Origin: the human T2T-CHM13v2.0 reference genome, Homo sapiens
Length of the DNA stretch: 64,000 bases
Direction: 5' to 3' (one strand)
Assembly (NCBI RefSeq): GCF_009914755.1
Contig: NC_060928.1
A program made the position numbers and the translations under genes. The notes beneath the pieces are model-generated. The model saw nothing but the letters and a program-made list of their open reading frames with translations. It was not told the origin of the DNA and searched no databases. The first letter of the stretch is position 1, and the number at the start of each line of letters is the position of its first letter. Shown here in pieces: positions 12,051 through 26,003 of this stretch.

Positions 12051-14170
12051 AAAATTATCCATTGTAGAATTTTCTGAGGACTTATGTCAAGCTCAGTGGA
12101 TCATTATTTCCAGAGTTGGAAAGAGCAACTCTGAAAAATTGGAGCAGTGTTCTGGCCTTTCTTCTACAGATTGTGATTCCTCACAAGGTTATTAATGATG
12201 GTCTGAGCTCAAACCTGAAAGTCCTTTTATTTCCTTGCATTAGAAATGTGTCTGGCTTAGAGTTTTGAGTTAAAGTTGCTTGATGATCTTTGCTATTTTC
12301 TCACCCAATCTTCTTAGGCAGACCTCATTTTCCTCTTAGTATTTCCATACTTCAGACCATCCTTGGTGGAGAGGAATGTTGCCAAGTCCTTTTACCATCT
12401 TCTACCTCTGTTATAGTGATAACACTATAAGACTACCTCTGTTATAATGATAACACTGTGCCATATTCCCCAGAGGTACCCTTCCCTTCCTTATTCATCT
12501 TGTCCAAACACATCTTTATTTTTTATTTGCTTATTTAAAAAAATTATCCAAATACTTGTTTTTGATTTTTGAGTTTAGGTTCATGGGGTACATGCACAGG
12601 TTCATTACAAGGGTATATTGTGTGATGCTAGGGTTTGGGCTTCTAATGATCTTTTTGCCCAAATAGTGAACATAGTACCTGAGAGGTAGTGTTTCAACCC
12701 TTTCCCCCCCCATCTCCCCTTTTGAGTTCCCAGTGTCTATCGTTCCTGTTGTTATGTCTGAGTGTACCCAATGCTTATCTCCCACATATAAATGAGATCA
12801 TGTGGTATTTGTTTCTCTGCTTATATGTTAATTCACTTAGAATAATGGCCTCCAGCTGCATCCATGTTGCTGCAAAAAACATGATTTCATTCTTTTTATG
12901 TCCGTGTAGTAGTCCATGGTTTATATGTACCACATTTTCTTTATCCAATCCACTATCGTTGGGCACCTGGGTTAATTCTGTGTCTTTGCTATTGTGAATA
13001 GTGCTGTAATGAACATATGAGTGCAGATGTCTTTTTGGTAGAATGATTAATTTTCCTTTGGGTGCATACCCAGTAATGGGATTGCTTGGTTGAATGGTAA
13101 TTCTGTTTTTAGTTTTTGAGGAATCTCCAAATGCTTTCCACAGTGGCTGAACAAATTTGCATTCCCACCAACAGTATATAAGTGTTTCCTTTTCTCCATA
13201 ATCTTGCCAACATCAGTTTTTTTTAAAAAATTTCAATAGGCTTTTGGGGAACAGGTGGTGTTTGATTACATGGATAAATTCTTTTGTGGTGATTTCTGAG
13301 ATTTTGGTGCATCCATGACCTGAGAGTGTATACTGTACCCCATGTGTAGTCTTTTATCCCTCACCACCCTGCCACACTTCCTCCCGAGTCCCCAAAGTCT
13401 GTTGCATCATTCTTATGCCTTTGCATCCTCATAGCTTAGCTCCCACTTATAAGTGAGAACATACAATATTTGGTTTTCCATTCTTGAGTTACTTCACTTA
13501 TAATAATAATGGTCTCCAATTCCATCCAGGTTGCTGCAAATGCCATTATTTTGTTCCTTTTTATGGCTGAGTAGTATTCCATGGTGTATATATATATCAC
13601 ATTTTCTTCATCTACTCATTGATTGATGGGCATTTAGGTTGGTTCCATATTTTTGCAATTGCAGATTGTGTTGCTATAAACATGCATGTGCAAGTATCTT
13701 TTTCATGTAATGACTTCTTTTCCTCTGGGTAGATACCTAGTAGTGGGATTGCTGGATCAAATCATGGATCGTTCTTTAAGCAATCTCCATACCGTTTTCT
13801 GTAGTGGTTGTACTAGTTTGCATTCCCATCAGCAGTGTAAAATTGTTCCCTTTTCACCACATCCACACCAATGTCTATTATTTTTTGATTTTTAAACTAT
13901 TGCCATGCTTAGAGGATTAAGGTGGTATCTCATTTTGGTTTTGATTTGCATTTCCCTGATCATTAGTGATGTTGAGCATTTTTTTGATGTTTGTTGGCCA
14001 TTTGTATATCCTCTTTTGAGAATGTCTACTCGTGTCCTTAGCCCACTCTTTTATGGGATTATTTGTTTTTCTTGCTGATTTGTATGAGTTCCTTGTAGAT
14101 TTTGGATGTTAATCCTTTGTCAGATGAATAGTTTGTGAAGATTTTCTCCCACTCTGTGGGTTGTCTGTTT

Positions 14171-14555
14171 TTTTAAAACAATTTATTATTATTTTATTTT
14201 TCCATAAGTTATTGGGGTACAAGTGGTATTTGGTTACATGAGTAAGTTCTTTCGTGGTGATTTGTGAGATTTTGGTGCACCCATCACCTGAGCAGTATAC
14301 ACTGCACCATATTTATAGTCTTTTATCCCTCACCCCCCTCCCACTCTTCCCCCCAAGTCCTCAAAGTCCATTGTGTCGTTCTTATGCCTTTCTGTCCTCA
14401 TAGCTTAGCATCCACATATCAGTGAGAACATACAATGTTTGGTTTTCCATTCCTAAGTTACTTCACTTAGAATAAGAGTCTTCAGTCTCATCCAGGTCAC
14501 TGCAAATGCTGTTAATTTATTCCTTTTTATGGTGTAGTATTCCATCGTGTGTGTA

Positions 14556-14621
<66 letters not shown>

Positions 14622-17600
14622 AGTTTCTTATATATATATCACAGTTTCTTTATCCCCTTGTTGATTGACAAGGATTTGGGTTGGTTCCACGAATTTGCAA
14701 TTGTGAATTGTGTTGCTATAAACATGCGTGTGCAAGTATCTTTTTGGAGTAATGGCTTCTTTTCCTCTAGGTAGATACCTAGTAGTGGGACTGCTGGATC
14801 AAATGGTAGTTCTACTTTTAGTTCTTTAAGGAATCTCCACACTGTTTTCCATAGTGGCTGTACTAGCTTACATTCCCACCAGCCCTGTAGAAATGTTCCC
14901 TGATCACCACATCCATGCCAGCATCTACTGTTTTTTGATTAGTTTATTATGGCCATTCTTGCAGGAGTAAGGTGGTATTGCATTGTGGGTTTGATTTGCA
15001 TTTCCCTGATCATTAGTGATGTTGAGCATTTTTTCATATGTTTGTTGGCCATTTGTATATCTTATTTTGATAATTATCTATTCATGTCCTTAGCCCACTT
15101 TTTGATGGGGTTGCTTGTTTTTCTCTTACTGATTTGTTTGAGTTCATTGTAGATTCTGGAGATTAGTCCTTTGTCAGGTGTATAGATTGTGAAAAATTTT
15201 TCCCACCCTGTGGGTTGTCTGTTTACTCTGCTGACTGTTCCTTTTGCTCTGCAAAGCTCTTTAGTTTAATTAGGTGCCATCTATTTACCTTTGTTTTTAT
15301 TGCATTTGCTTTTGGGTTCTTGGTCATGAAATCCTTGCCTAAGCCAATGTCTAGAAGGGTTTTTCCAATGTTATCTTCTAGAATTTTTATAGTTTCAGGT
15401 CTTAAGTTTAAGTCCTTAATTCATCTTGTGTTGACTTTTGTATAAGGTGAGAGATGAGGATCCAGTTTCATTCTCCTACATGTGGCTAGCCAATTATCCC
15501 AGCATCATTTGTTGCAAAGGGTGTCCTTTCCCCACTTTATGTTTTTGTTTGCTTTGTCGAAGATCAGTTAGCTATAAGTATTTGGGTTTATTTCTGGGTT
15601 CTGTATTCTGTTCCATTGGTCTATGTGCCTATTTTAATACCAGTACCACACTGTTTTGGTGACTATGGCCTTATAGTGTAGTTTGAAATTAGGTAGTGTG
15701 ATGTCTCCAAATTTGTTCTTTTTGCTTAGTCTTGCTTTGGCTATGTGGGATCTTTTTTGGTTCCGTATGAATTTTAGAATTGTTTTTTCTAATTCTGTGA
15801 AGAATGATGGTGGTATTTTGATGGGGATCGTGTTGAATTTGTAGATTGCTTTTGGCAGTATGGTCATTTTCACAACATTGATTCTACCCATCCATGAGCA
15901 TGGGATGTGTATCCATTTGTTTGTGTTGTCTATGATTTGTTTCAGCAGTGTTTTGTAGTTTTCCTTGTAGAGGTCTTTCGACTCCTTGGTTAGGTATATT
16001 CCTAAGTTTTTTTTTTTTTCCAGCTATTGTAAAAGTGGTTGAGTTCTTGATTTGATTCTCTGCTTGGTCACTGTTGCTGTATAGAAGAACTACCAATTTG
16101 TGTATATTAATCTTGTATCTGGAAACTTTGCTGAATTCTTTTATCAGTTCTAGGAGCTTTCTGGAGGAGTCTTTAGGGTTTTCAAGGTAAATGAGCATAT
16201 TGTCCTCAAACAGTGACAGTTTGACTTCCTCTTTACCTATTTGCCCTAAATTTTTCTCTTTCTGATTGCTTTTCCTAGGACTTCCAGTACTATGTTGAAG
16301 AGGAGTGGTTAGAGCGGGCATCCTTGTCTTGTTCCAGTTCTTAGAGGGAATGCTTTCAACTTTTCCCCATTCAGTATTATGTTGGCTGTGGGTTTGTCAT
16401 AGATGGCTTTTGTTGCATTAAGGTATGTCCCTTGTATTATGCTGATTTTGCTGAGAGTTTTAATCATAATGGATATTGGATTTTGTTGAATGCTTTTTCT
16501 GCATCTATTGAGATGATCATGTGATTTTTGTTTTTAATTCTGCTTATGTGGTGTATCCCATTTATTGACTTGCATATGTTAAACCATCCCTGCATCCCTT
16601 GTATGAAACCCACTTGATCATGGTGGATTATCTTTTTGATATGTTGCTGGATTTGGTTAGCTAGTATTTTGTTAAGGATTTTAACATCTATGTTTATCAG
16701 GGATATCAGCCTGTAGTTTTCTTTTTTTGTTATGTCCTTTCCTGGTTTTGGTATTAGGGTGATGCTGGCTTCATATAATGAATTAGGGAGGGTTCCTTCT
16801 TTCTCTATCTTGTGGAATAGTGTCAAAAGGATTGGTGCCAATTCTTCTTTGAATGTCTGGTAGAATTCTGCTGTGAATCCCTCTGGTCCTGGACTTTTCT
16901 TTGCTGGTAATTTTTAAATTACCATTTCAATCTTGCAGCTTGTTATTGGTCTGTTCAGGGCATCTAATTCTTCCCAATTTAAGCTAGTAGGGTTGTATTT
17001 TTCCAGGAATTTATCCATCTCTTCTAGATTTTCTAGTTTATGTGAGTAAAGGTATTCATAGTAGCCTCGAATGATCTTTTTATTTCAGTGGTGTCAGCTG
17101 TTTCATTTATTAGTGAGGTTATTTGGATTTTCTCTCTTCTTTTCTTGGTTAATCTTGCTAATGGTCTATCAATTTTATTTATCTTTTCAAAGAACCAGGT
17201 TTTTGTTTAGTTATCTTCTGTATTTTTTTTTGTTTCAATTTCATTTAGTTCTGCTCTGGTCTTGGTTATTTCCTTTCTTCTGCTGGGTTTGTGTTAGATT
17301 TGTTCTTGTTCCTCTAATTCCTTGATGTGTAACCTTAGAATGTCAGCATGTGCTCTTTCAGTCTTTTTGATGTAGGCGTTTAGGACTATGAACTTTTCTC
17401 TTAACACCACCTTTGCTGTATCCCAGAGGTTTTGTAGATTGTGTCATTATTGTCATTCAGTTCAAAGAATTTTTAATTTCCATCTTGATTTCATTTTTGA
17501 CCCAGTGCTCATTCAGGAGAAGGTTATTTAATTTTCATGTATTTGCATGGTTTTGAAGGTTCCTTTTGGAGTTGATTCCCAGTTTTATTCCACTGTGGTC

Positions 17601-20570
17601 TGAGAGAGTGCTTGATGTAATTTCAGTTTTCTTAAATTTATTGAGGCTCATTTTATGGCCTACCATATGGTCTATCTTGGAGAACGTTCCATGCGCTGTT
17701 GAATAGAATGTGTATTCTGCAGTTGTTGGATGAAATGTTCTGTATATATCTGTTAAGTCCATTTGTTCCAAGGCATAGTTTAAATCCATTGTTTCTTTGT
17801 TGACTTTCTGTCTTGATGACCTGTCTGGTGCTGTCAGTAGAGTATTGAAGTTCCCCACTATTATTGTGTTGCTGTCTATCTCATTTTTTAGTGATTGTTT
17901 TATAAATTTGGGAGCTCCAGTGTTAGGTGCATATATGTTTAAGATTGTGATGTTTTCCTGTGGGACAAGGCCTTTTACCGTTATATACACTTTTAACTGC
18001 TCTTGCTTTAAAGTTTGTTTTGTCTGATACAAGAATAGTTACCCCTGCTCACTTTTGGTGTCCATTCACATGAAATGCCTTTTTCCAACCCCTTTACTTT
18101 AAGTTTATGTGAGTCCTTATGTGTTGGGTGAGTCACCTGAGGCAGCAGATAGTTGGTTGGTGAATTCTTATCCATTCTGTGGTTCTGCATCTTTTAAGTG
18201 GAGCATTTAGGCGGTTACATTCAATGTTAGTATTGAAATGTGAGGTACCATTGCATTTATTGTGCTCTTTGTTGCCTGTGTAGTTTGTTTTTTTTTGTTT
18301 TTTGTTTTTGCTTTTTAACTTGTATTTTTGTTTTATAGGTCCTGTGTGATTTGTGCTTTAAAGAGGTTCTGTTTTGATGTATTTCCAGATTTAGAGCTCC
18401 TTTTAGCAGTTCTTGTAGTGGTGGCTTGGTAATGATGAATTCTCTCAGCATTTGTTTGTCGAAAATGACTGTATTTTTCCTTCTTATATGATGCTTCATT
18501 TTGCTGGATACAAAATCCTTGGCTGATAATTGTTTTGTTTGAGGAGGCCGAAGATAGAGCCCCGATTCCTTCCAGTTTGTAAGGTTTCTGCTGAGAAATC
18601 TGCTGTTAATCTGATAGTTTTTCTTTATAGGTTACCTGGTGCTTCTGTCTCACAGCTCTTAACATTTTCCTTAGTCTTAACTTTGGTTAACATGATGACG
18701 ATGTACCTAGGTGATGATCTTTTTGTGATTAATTTCCCAGGTGTTCTTTGTGCTTCTTGTATTTGAATGTCTAGGTCTCTAGCAAGGCTGGGGAAGTTTT
18801 CCTTGATTATTCCCCCAAGTATGTTTTCCAAGCTTTTAGAATTCTCTTCTTCAGGAACACCGATTATTCTTAGGTTTGGTCGTTTAACATAATCCCAGAC
18901 TTCCTGGAGGCTTTGTTCATATTTTCTTATTCTTTTTTCTTTGTCTTTGTTGGATTGGGTTAATTTGAAGACCTTTTCTTTGAGCTCTGAATTCCTTTCT
19001 TCTACTTGTTCAGTTCTATTGCTGAGACTTTCCAGAGCATTTCACATTTCTAAAAATGGCCAAAGTTTCCTGAAATTTTTATTGTTTTTTCTTTAAGCTA
19101 TCTATTTCTATGAATATTTCTCCCTTCACTTCTTGTATCATTTTTTTGGATTTCTTTGCATTGGGTTTTGCCTTTTTCTCTGGTGCCTCCCTGATTAGTT
19201 TAATAACTAAACTGAATTCTTTTCCAGTAAATCATGGATTTCTTCTTGGTTTGGATCCATTGCTGGTGAACTAGTGTGATTTTTTCGGAGTGTTGAAGAG
19301 CCTTGTTTTGTTATATTACCAGGGTTGGTTTTCTGGATCCTTCTCATTTGGGTAGGCTCTGTCAGAGGGAAGGTCTAGGGCTGAAGGCTGTTGTTCAGAT
19401 TTTTTTGTCCCATGGGGTGTTCCCTTGATGTAGCACTCTACCCCTTTTCCTATGGATGTGGCTTCCTGTCAGTTGAACTGCAGTGATTGTTGCCTCTTTT
19501 CTGGGTCTAGCCACCCAACGAGTCTACCCGGCTTTGGGCTGGCACTGGGGGTTGTAGAGGGACCTGCAGTGGGCAGGGCCCTAAAACTCCCAAGATTACA
19601 TGCCTTTTGTCTTCTGCTACTAGGGTGGGTAGGGAAGGACCATCAGGTGGGGGCGGGGCTAGGCATGTCTGAGCTCAGACTCTCCTTGGGTAGATCTTGC
19701 TGCTGCTGCTGTTGGGGATGGAGGTGAGATTCCCAGGTCACTGGAGCTGTGTACCTAGAAGGATTATGGCTGCCTCTGCTGAGTCATGTAGGTTGTCAGG
19801 AAAGTGGGGGAAAGCCAGCAGTCACAGGCCTCACCCAGCTCCCACTCAAACTGAAGGGCCAGTCTCACTCCAACTATGCCCCCACCCCCACAACAGCCCA
19901 GAGTCCGTTTCTGGGCAGTGGGCAAGAGGGGCTTGAAAGCTTGCCCCAGGCTACCTGCCTCCCAGCTGCTAAAGAAAAGGGGTTGGTTCTTCTTCTGTGG
20001 AATCTGCACATGGGATTCATGCCCTCTCCCGAGTTCTGGCCAGCAGGCTTCTTGCCCCTTGCCCCATTCAAATTGTTACAAAGTTCAGCTAGAGATTTCC
20101 TTGTCCCTGTGGAGTTTCACTCCCTGTTCCTCTGGCCGCCCTCCTGATGAATCCCTGTGTTGCCAGCAGGAATGGCCCGCTTGGGGACCCAGTGAACTCC
20201 CAGGGCCTTTCTGCTGCTTCCTGTACCCCTGTATTTCACTCCGCTCTCCACATTGACTCAGCTCCAGGTAAAGTCAGAAACTTCTCCTGCAAACAGACCT
20301 TCAGTTTCTCCAGTGGGGGTGTGTGTTTGGGAGAGGTGGGTCTCCCTTTCTCAATTCTGCAGTTGGGGCATTCACAGTATTTGAGGTGTCTCCTGGGTCC
20401 TGCAGGATCAGTCCGCTTCCTTTAGAGGGTGTGTGGGTCTTCTCGGGATTGATGCTTTGTTCTTGCAGTTAATTTGAAGCTAAAATTCACAGTGTGAGTC
20501 TCCTCATGCTGCTCTGTCCAGAGCTGCAATCTAGTCCTGCCTCCCATCTGTCTTGATGATCAATATCTGA
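14171..20570 (-). mobile_element. L1-C: full-length L1PB1-like LINE-1 nested in L1-B
   Basis: 3' end ttattggggtacaagtggtatttggttacatgagtaag; ORF2 relics (14639-18190), ORF1 relics (18257-18831), 5' UTR ~19300-20570; TSD ttgtctgttt at 14161-14170 and 20571-20580. Confidence 0.95.
14547..14640 (+). repeat. compound (TG)n(TA)n microsatellite inside L1-C 3' region
   Basis: gtgtgt.. followed by tatata.., with a duplicated tcacagtttctt. Confidence 0.95.
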
Positions 20571-20835
20571 TTGTCTGTTTACTCTGCTGATTATTTCTTT
20601 TGCTGTGAATAAGCTTTTTAGTTTAATTAAGTCCCATCTATTTATCATTGCTTTTGTTGCATTTGCTTTTGGGTTCCTGGTCATGAAGTCTTTGCCTAAA
20701 CCAATGTCTAAAAGGGTTTTTCTGATGTTGTCTTCTAGAATTTTTATGGCTTCAAGTCTTACATTTAAGTCTTTGATCAGTCTTGAGTTGATTTTTGTGT
20801 AAGGTGAGAGATGAGGATCTAGTTCCATTCTTCTA

Positions 20836-20916
20836 TTAAGTGGGTGCAAACATAATTGTGGTTTTTGCTAGTACTTTTTAATGGCAAAAACTGCAATTAC
20901 ATTTGCACCAACCTAA
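20836..20916. mobile_element. MADE1 (Hsmar1-derived MITE) inserted in L1-B ORF2
   Basis: 81-bp near-palindrome ttaagtgggtgcaaa..tttgcaccaacctaa; TA duplication at 20834-35 / 20917-18; removing it restores L1 ttcttctacatgtggc. Confidence 0.95.
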
Positions 20917-23414
20917 TACATGTGGCTTGCCAGTTATCCCAGCACCATTTGTTGAATAGGGTGTCCTTTCCACACTTTATGTTTGTGTTTGCTTTGTCAA
21001 AGATCAGTTGGCTGTAAGTATTCGAGTTTATTTCTGGGTTCTCTATTCTGTTCCATTGGTCTATGTGCCTATTTTTATATCAGTACCATGCTGTTTTGGT
21101 GACTGTGGCCTTATACTATAGTCTGAAGTCAGGAAATGTGATGTCTCCAGATTTGTTATTTTTCTTAGTCTTGCACTGGCTCTGCAGGTTCTTTTTTGGT
21201 TCCATATGAATTTTAGGATTGTTTTTCTAGTTCTGTGAAGAATGATGATGGTATAATATTTTGATGGGAATTGCATTGAATTGTAGATTTGCTTTTGGCA
21301 GTATGGTCATTTTCACAATATTGATTCTACCCATCCATGAGCATGGCATGTATTTCCATTTGTTTGTGTTGTCTGTGATTTCCTTCAGCAGTGGTTTGTA
21401 GTTTTTCTTGTAGGATTATTTCACCTGCTTGGTTAGGTATATTTCTAAATATTTTATTTTATTTTATTTTATTTTTGCAGCTATTGTAAAAGTGTTTGAG
21501 TTCTTGATTTGATTCTCAACTTGGTCACTGTTGGTGTATAGCAGTGCTATGGATTTGTGTACATTGATTTTGTGTTCCGAAACTTTAGTCAATTTATTTA
21601 TCAGATCTGGGAGCTTTTTGGATAAGTTTGTAGGGTTTTCTAGGTATATGATCATATCATTGGTGAACAGTGACAGTTTGACTTCCTCTTTACCAATTTG
21701 GATGCCCTTTATTTATTTCTCTTATCCGATTGCTCTGGCTAGGACTTCCAGTACTATGTTGAATAGAAGTGGTGAAAGTGGGAACCTTGTCTTATTCCAG
21801 TTCTCAGGGGGAATGGTTTAAACTTTTCCCTATTCAGTATAATGTTGGCTTTGGGTTTATTATAGATGGCTTTTATTACATTAAGATACATCCCTTCTAT
21901 GCCGATTTTGCTAAGGGTTTTAATCACAAAGTGCTGCTGGATTTTGTCAAATGTTTTTTCTGCATCTATTGAGATGATCATGTGATTTCTGTTTTTAATT
22001 CTGTTTATATGGTGTATCACATTTGTTGACTTGTGTATTTTAAACTATCCCTGCATCCCTGGTACGAAACCCACTTGATCATGGTGGATTATCTTTTTGA
22101 TATGCTGTTAGATTCAGTTAGCTAGTATTTTGTTGAGAATTTTTGTGTCTATGTTCATGAGGGACATCAGTCTGTAGTTTTCTTTTTTTGTTATGTCCTT
22201 TCCTGGTTTTGGTATTAGGGTGATCCTGGCTTCATAGAACGATTTATCTTCTTTCTCTATTTTTTTGGAGTACTTTCAATACAATTGGTACCAATTCATC
22301 TTTGAACGTCTGATAGAATTCAGCTGTGTATCCATCTGGTCCTGGGCTTTTTTTTGTTGGTGATTTTTTTGTCATCATCTCAATCTTGCTGCTTGTTATT
22401 GATCTGTTCAGAGTTTCTATTTCTTCCTGGTTTAATCTAAGATGGTTGTATATTTCCAGGAATTTATCCATCTTTTCTAGGTTTTCTAGTTTGTGCATGT
22501 AAAGGTGTCTGTATAGCCTTGAATGATCTTTTGTATTTCTGTGTTATCGGTTGTAATATCTCCCATTTTGTTTCTAATTGAGCTTATTTTGATATTCTCT
22601 CTTCTTTTCTTTGTTAGTCTCACTAATGGTCTATCAATTTTGTTTATCTTTTCAAAGAACCAGCTTTTTGTTTCATTTATCTTTTGTATTTTTTTGTTTC
22701 AGTTTCATTAATTCTGGTCTGATCCTGGTTATTTCATTTTTTCTGCTGGGTTTGGGTTTGGTTTGTTCTTGTTTCTCTAGTTCCTTGGGATGTGACCTTG
22801 GATTGTCTATTTGTTTTCTTTCAGACTTTTTGATGTAGGCATTTAATGCTATGAACTTTCCTCTTAGCACTGCTTTTGCTGTATTCCAGAGGTTTTGATA
22901 GGTTGTGTCACTGTTATCATTCAGTTCAAAGCATTTTTAAATTTCTATCTTGATTTCATTGTTGACTCAACTATCATTCAGGAATAGCTTACTTAATTTT
23001 CATGGTCTTGAGGGGTCCTTTTGGAGTTGATTCCCAATTTTATTCCACTATGGTTTGGGAGAATACTTGATATAATTTCTATTTTCTTAAATTTGTTAAG
23101 TCTTGTTCTGTGGCCTATCAGATGGTCTATCTTGGAGAATATTCCATGTGCTGATGAATAGAATGTATATCTTGCAGTTGTTGGGTAGAATGTTCTATAA
23201 ATATTTGGTAAGTTCATTTGTTCTAGGGTGTAGTTTACGTCTATTGTTTCTTTGTTGACTTTCTGTCTTGATGACCTGTCTAGTGCTGTTGGTTGAGTAT
23301 TAAAGTCCCCCACTATTATTGTGTTGCCATCTATCTCATTTCTTAGGTCTAGTAGTAATTGTTTTATAAATTTGGGAGCTCCAGTGTTAGCTGCATATAT
23401 ATTTAGGTTTGTAA

Positions 23415-23767
<353 letters not shown>

Positions 23768-25689
23768 CTCTTTGTCTTTTTTAACTGTTGTTGCTTTAAG
23801 GTCTGTTTTGTCTGATATAAGAATAGCTACCCCTGCTTGCTTTTGGTGTCCATTTGCATGTAATATATTTTTCCACCCCTTTACCTTAAGTTTATGTGAG
23901 TCTTTATGTGTTAGATGAGTCTCTTGAAGACAGCAGATACCTGGTTGGTGAATTCTTATCCATTCTGCCATTCTGTGTGTTTTAAATGGAGCATTTAGGC
24001 CATTTACATTCAACATTAGTATTGAGATGTGAGGTACTATTCTATTCATTGTGCTAGCTGTTGCCTAAATACGTTTTTTTCATTGTGTTATTGTTTGATA
24101 GGCCCTGTGAGATTTATGCTTTAAGGTTTTATTCTGGTGTATTTTGAGGTTTTGTTTAGCAGCTCTTTTAATGCTGGCTTGGTAGTGGCAAATTCTCTCA
24201 GCATTTGTTTGTCTGAAAAAGACTGTCTTTCCTTAGTTTATGAAGCTTAGTTTCACTGGATACAAAATTCTTGGCTGATAATTGTTTGGTTTAATGAGGC
24301 TAAAGATAGGACTCCAATCCCTTCTTGCTTGTAGGGTTTCTGTTGAGAAATCTGCTGTTAATGTGATAGGTTTTCTTTTATAGGTTACCTGGTGCTTTTG
24401 CCTCACAGGTCTTAAGATTCTTTCCTTCATCTTGACTTTAGATAACCTGATGACTATGCACCTAGGTGACTATCTTTTGCAGTATATTTCCTGGGTATTC
24501 TTCAAGCTTCTTGTATTTGAATGTCTAGATCTCTAGCAAGGCCAGGGAAGATTTCCTTGATTATTCTCTCAAATAATTTTTCCAAACTTTTAGATTTATC
24601 TTCTTCCTCAGGAACACCAATTATTCTTAGGTTCGGTTGTTTAACATAATCTCACACTTCTTGGCAGCTTTGTTCATTTTTTTAAAATTCTTTTTTCTTT
24701 GTCGTTGTCAGATTGGGTTATTTCAAAAGCCTTGTCTTTGAGCTCTGAAGTACTTTCTTCTATTGTTGAAACTTTCCAGTGTACTTTGCATTTCTCTAAG
24801 TGTGTCTTTCCAGAAGTTGTAATTTTTTTTTTATGCTATTTCTTTTGACATTTTTTCTTTCATATCCTGTATTATTTTTTAAGTTTCTTTAAGTTGGTTT
24901 TCATTTTTCTTTGGTGCCTCCTTGAGGAGCTTAATAATCAACCTTCTGAATTCTTTATCTGGTAATTCAGAGATTTCTTCTTGGTTTGGATTTGCTGGTG
25001 AGCTAATGTAATTTTTTGGGGATGTTAAAGAACCTTGCTTTGTCATATTACCAGAATTATTTTACTCGTTCCTTCTCATTTGGGTAGACTATGTCAAAGG
25101 AAAGATCTGGGGCTCAAAGGCTGCTGTTCAGATTCTTTTGTGTCATAGGTTGATCCCTTGATGTGGTACTCTCCCCCTTCCCCCTAGGGATGGGGCTTCC
25201 TGAGAGGTGGACTGCAGTGATTGTTATTGCTCTTCTGGGTATAGCCACCCAGCATAACTACCAGGCTCTGGGCATGTACTGGGGAATATCTGCAGAGTCC
25301 TGTGATGTGATCAGTTTTCAGGTCTCTTAGCCATGGATACCATCACCTGCTCCAGTGTATGTAGCAGGGGAGTGAAGTAGACTCTGTGTGGGTCCTTAGT
25401 TGTAGTTTTGTTTAGTATGCTGGTTTTCTCAAATGCTGGTTGTGCTAGGAGTGAAGTTATCCTGTGGGCAGACTCAGGACCTCTGGTTTGCCAGGATGTT
25501 ATAGGCGGTGGAATTAGCTATTGTTTTCTCCTTTCTTGGAACAAGGTTGCTTTTTTTTTGAGTTGCTGTAATGGCTTGAATTGGTTGACTTCCAGTCAGG
25601 AAGTGGTGCTTTCAAGAGAGCATCAACTGTCGTAGTATAGTGGGGATACAATTTTGCCCTGAGGTTGTCTGGATAAGTATTCAGGTTTT

Positions 25690-26003
<314 letters not shown>

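Noticed and set aside
13211-13235. TSD for L1-B (tttaaaaa here and at ~27020)
   Set aside because: Low-complexity match only; the boundaries rest on host continuity, not on a provable TSD.
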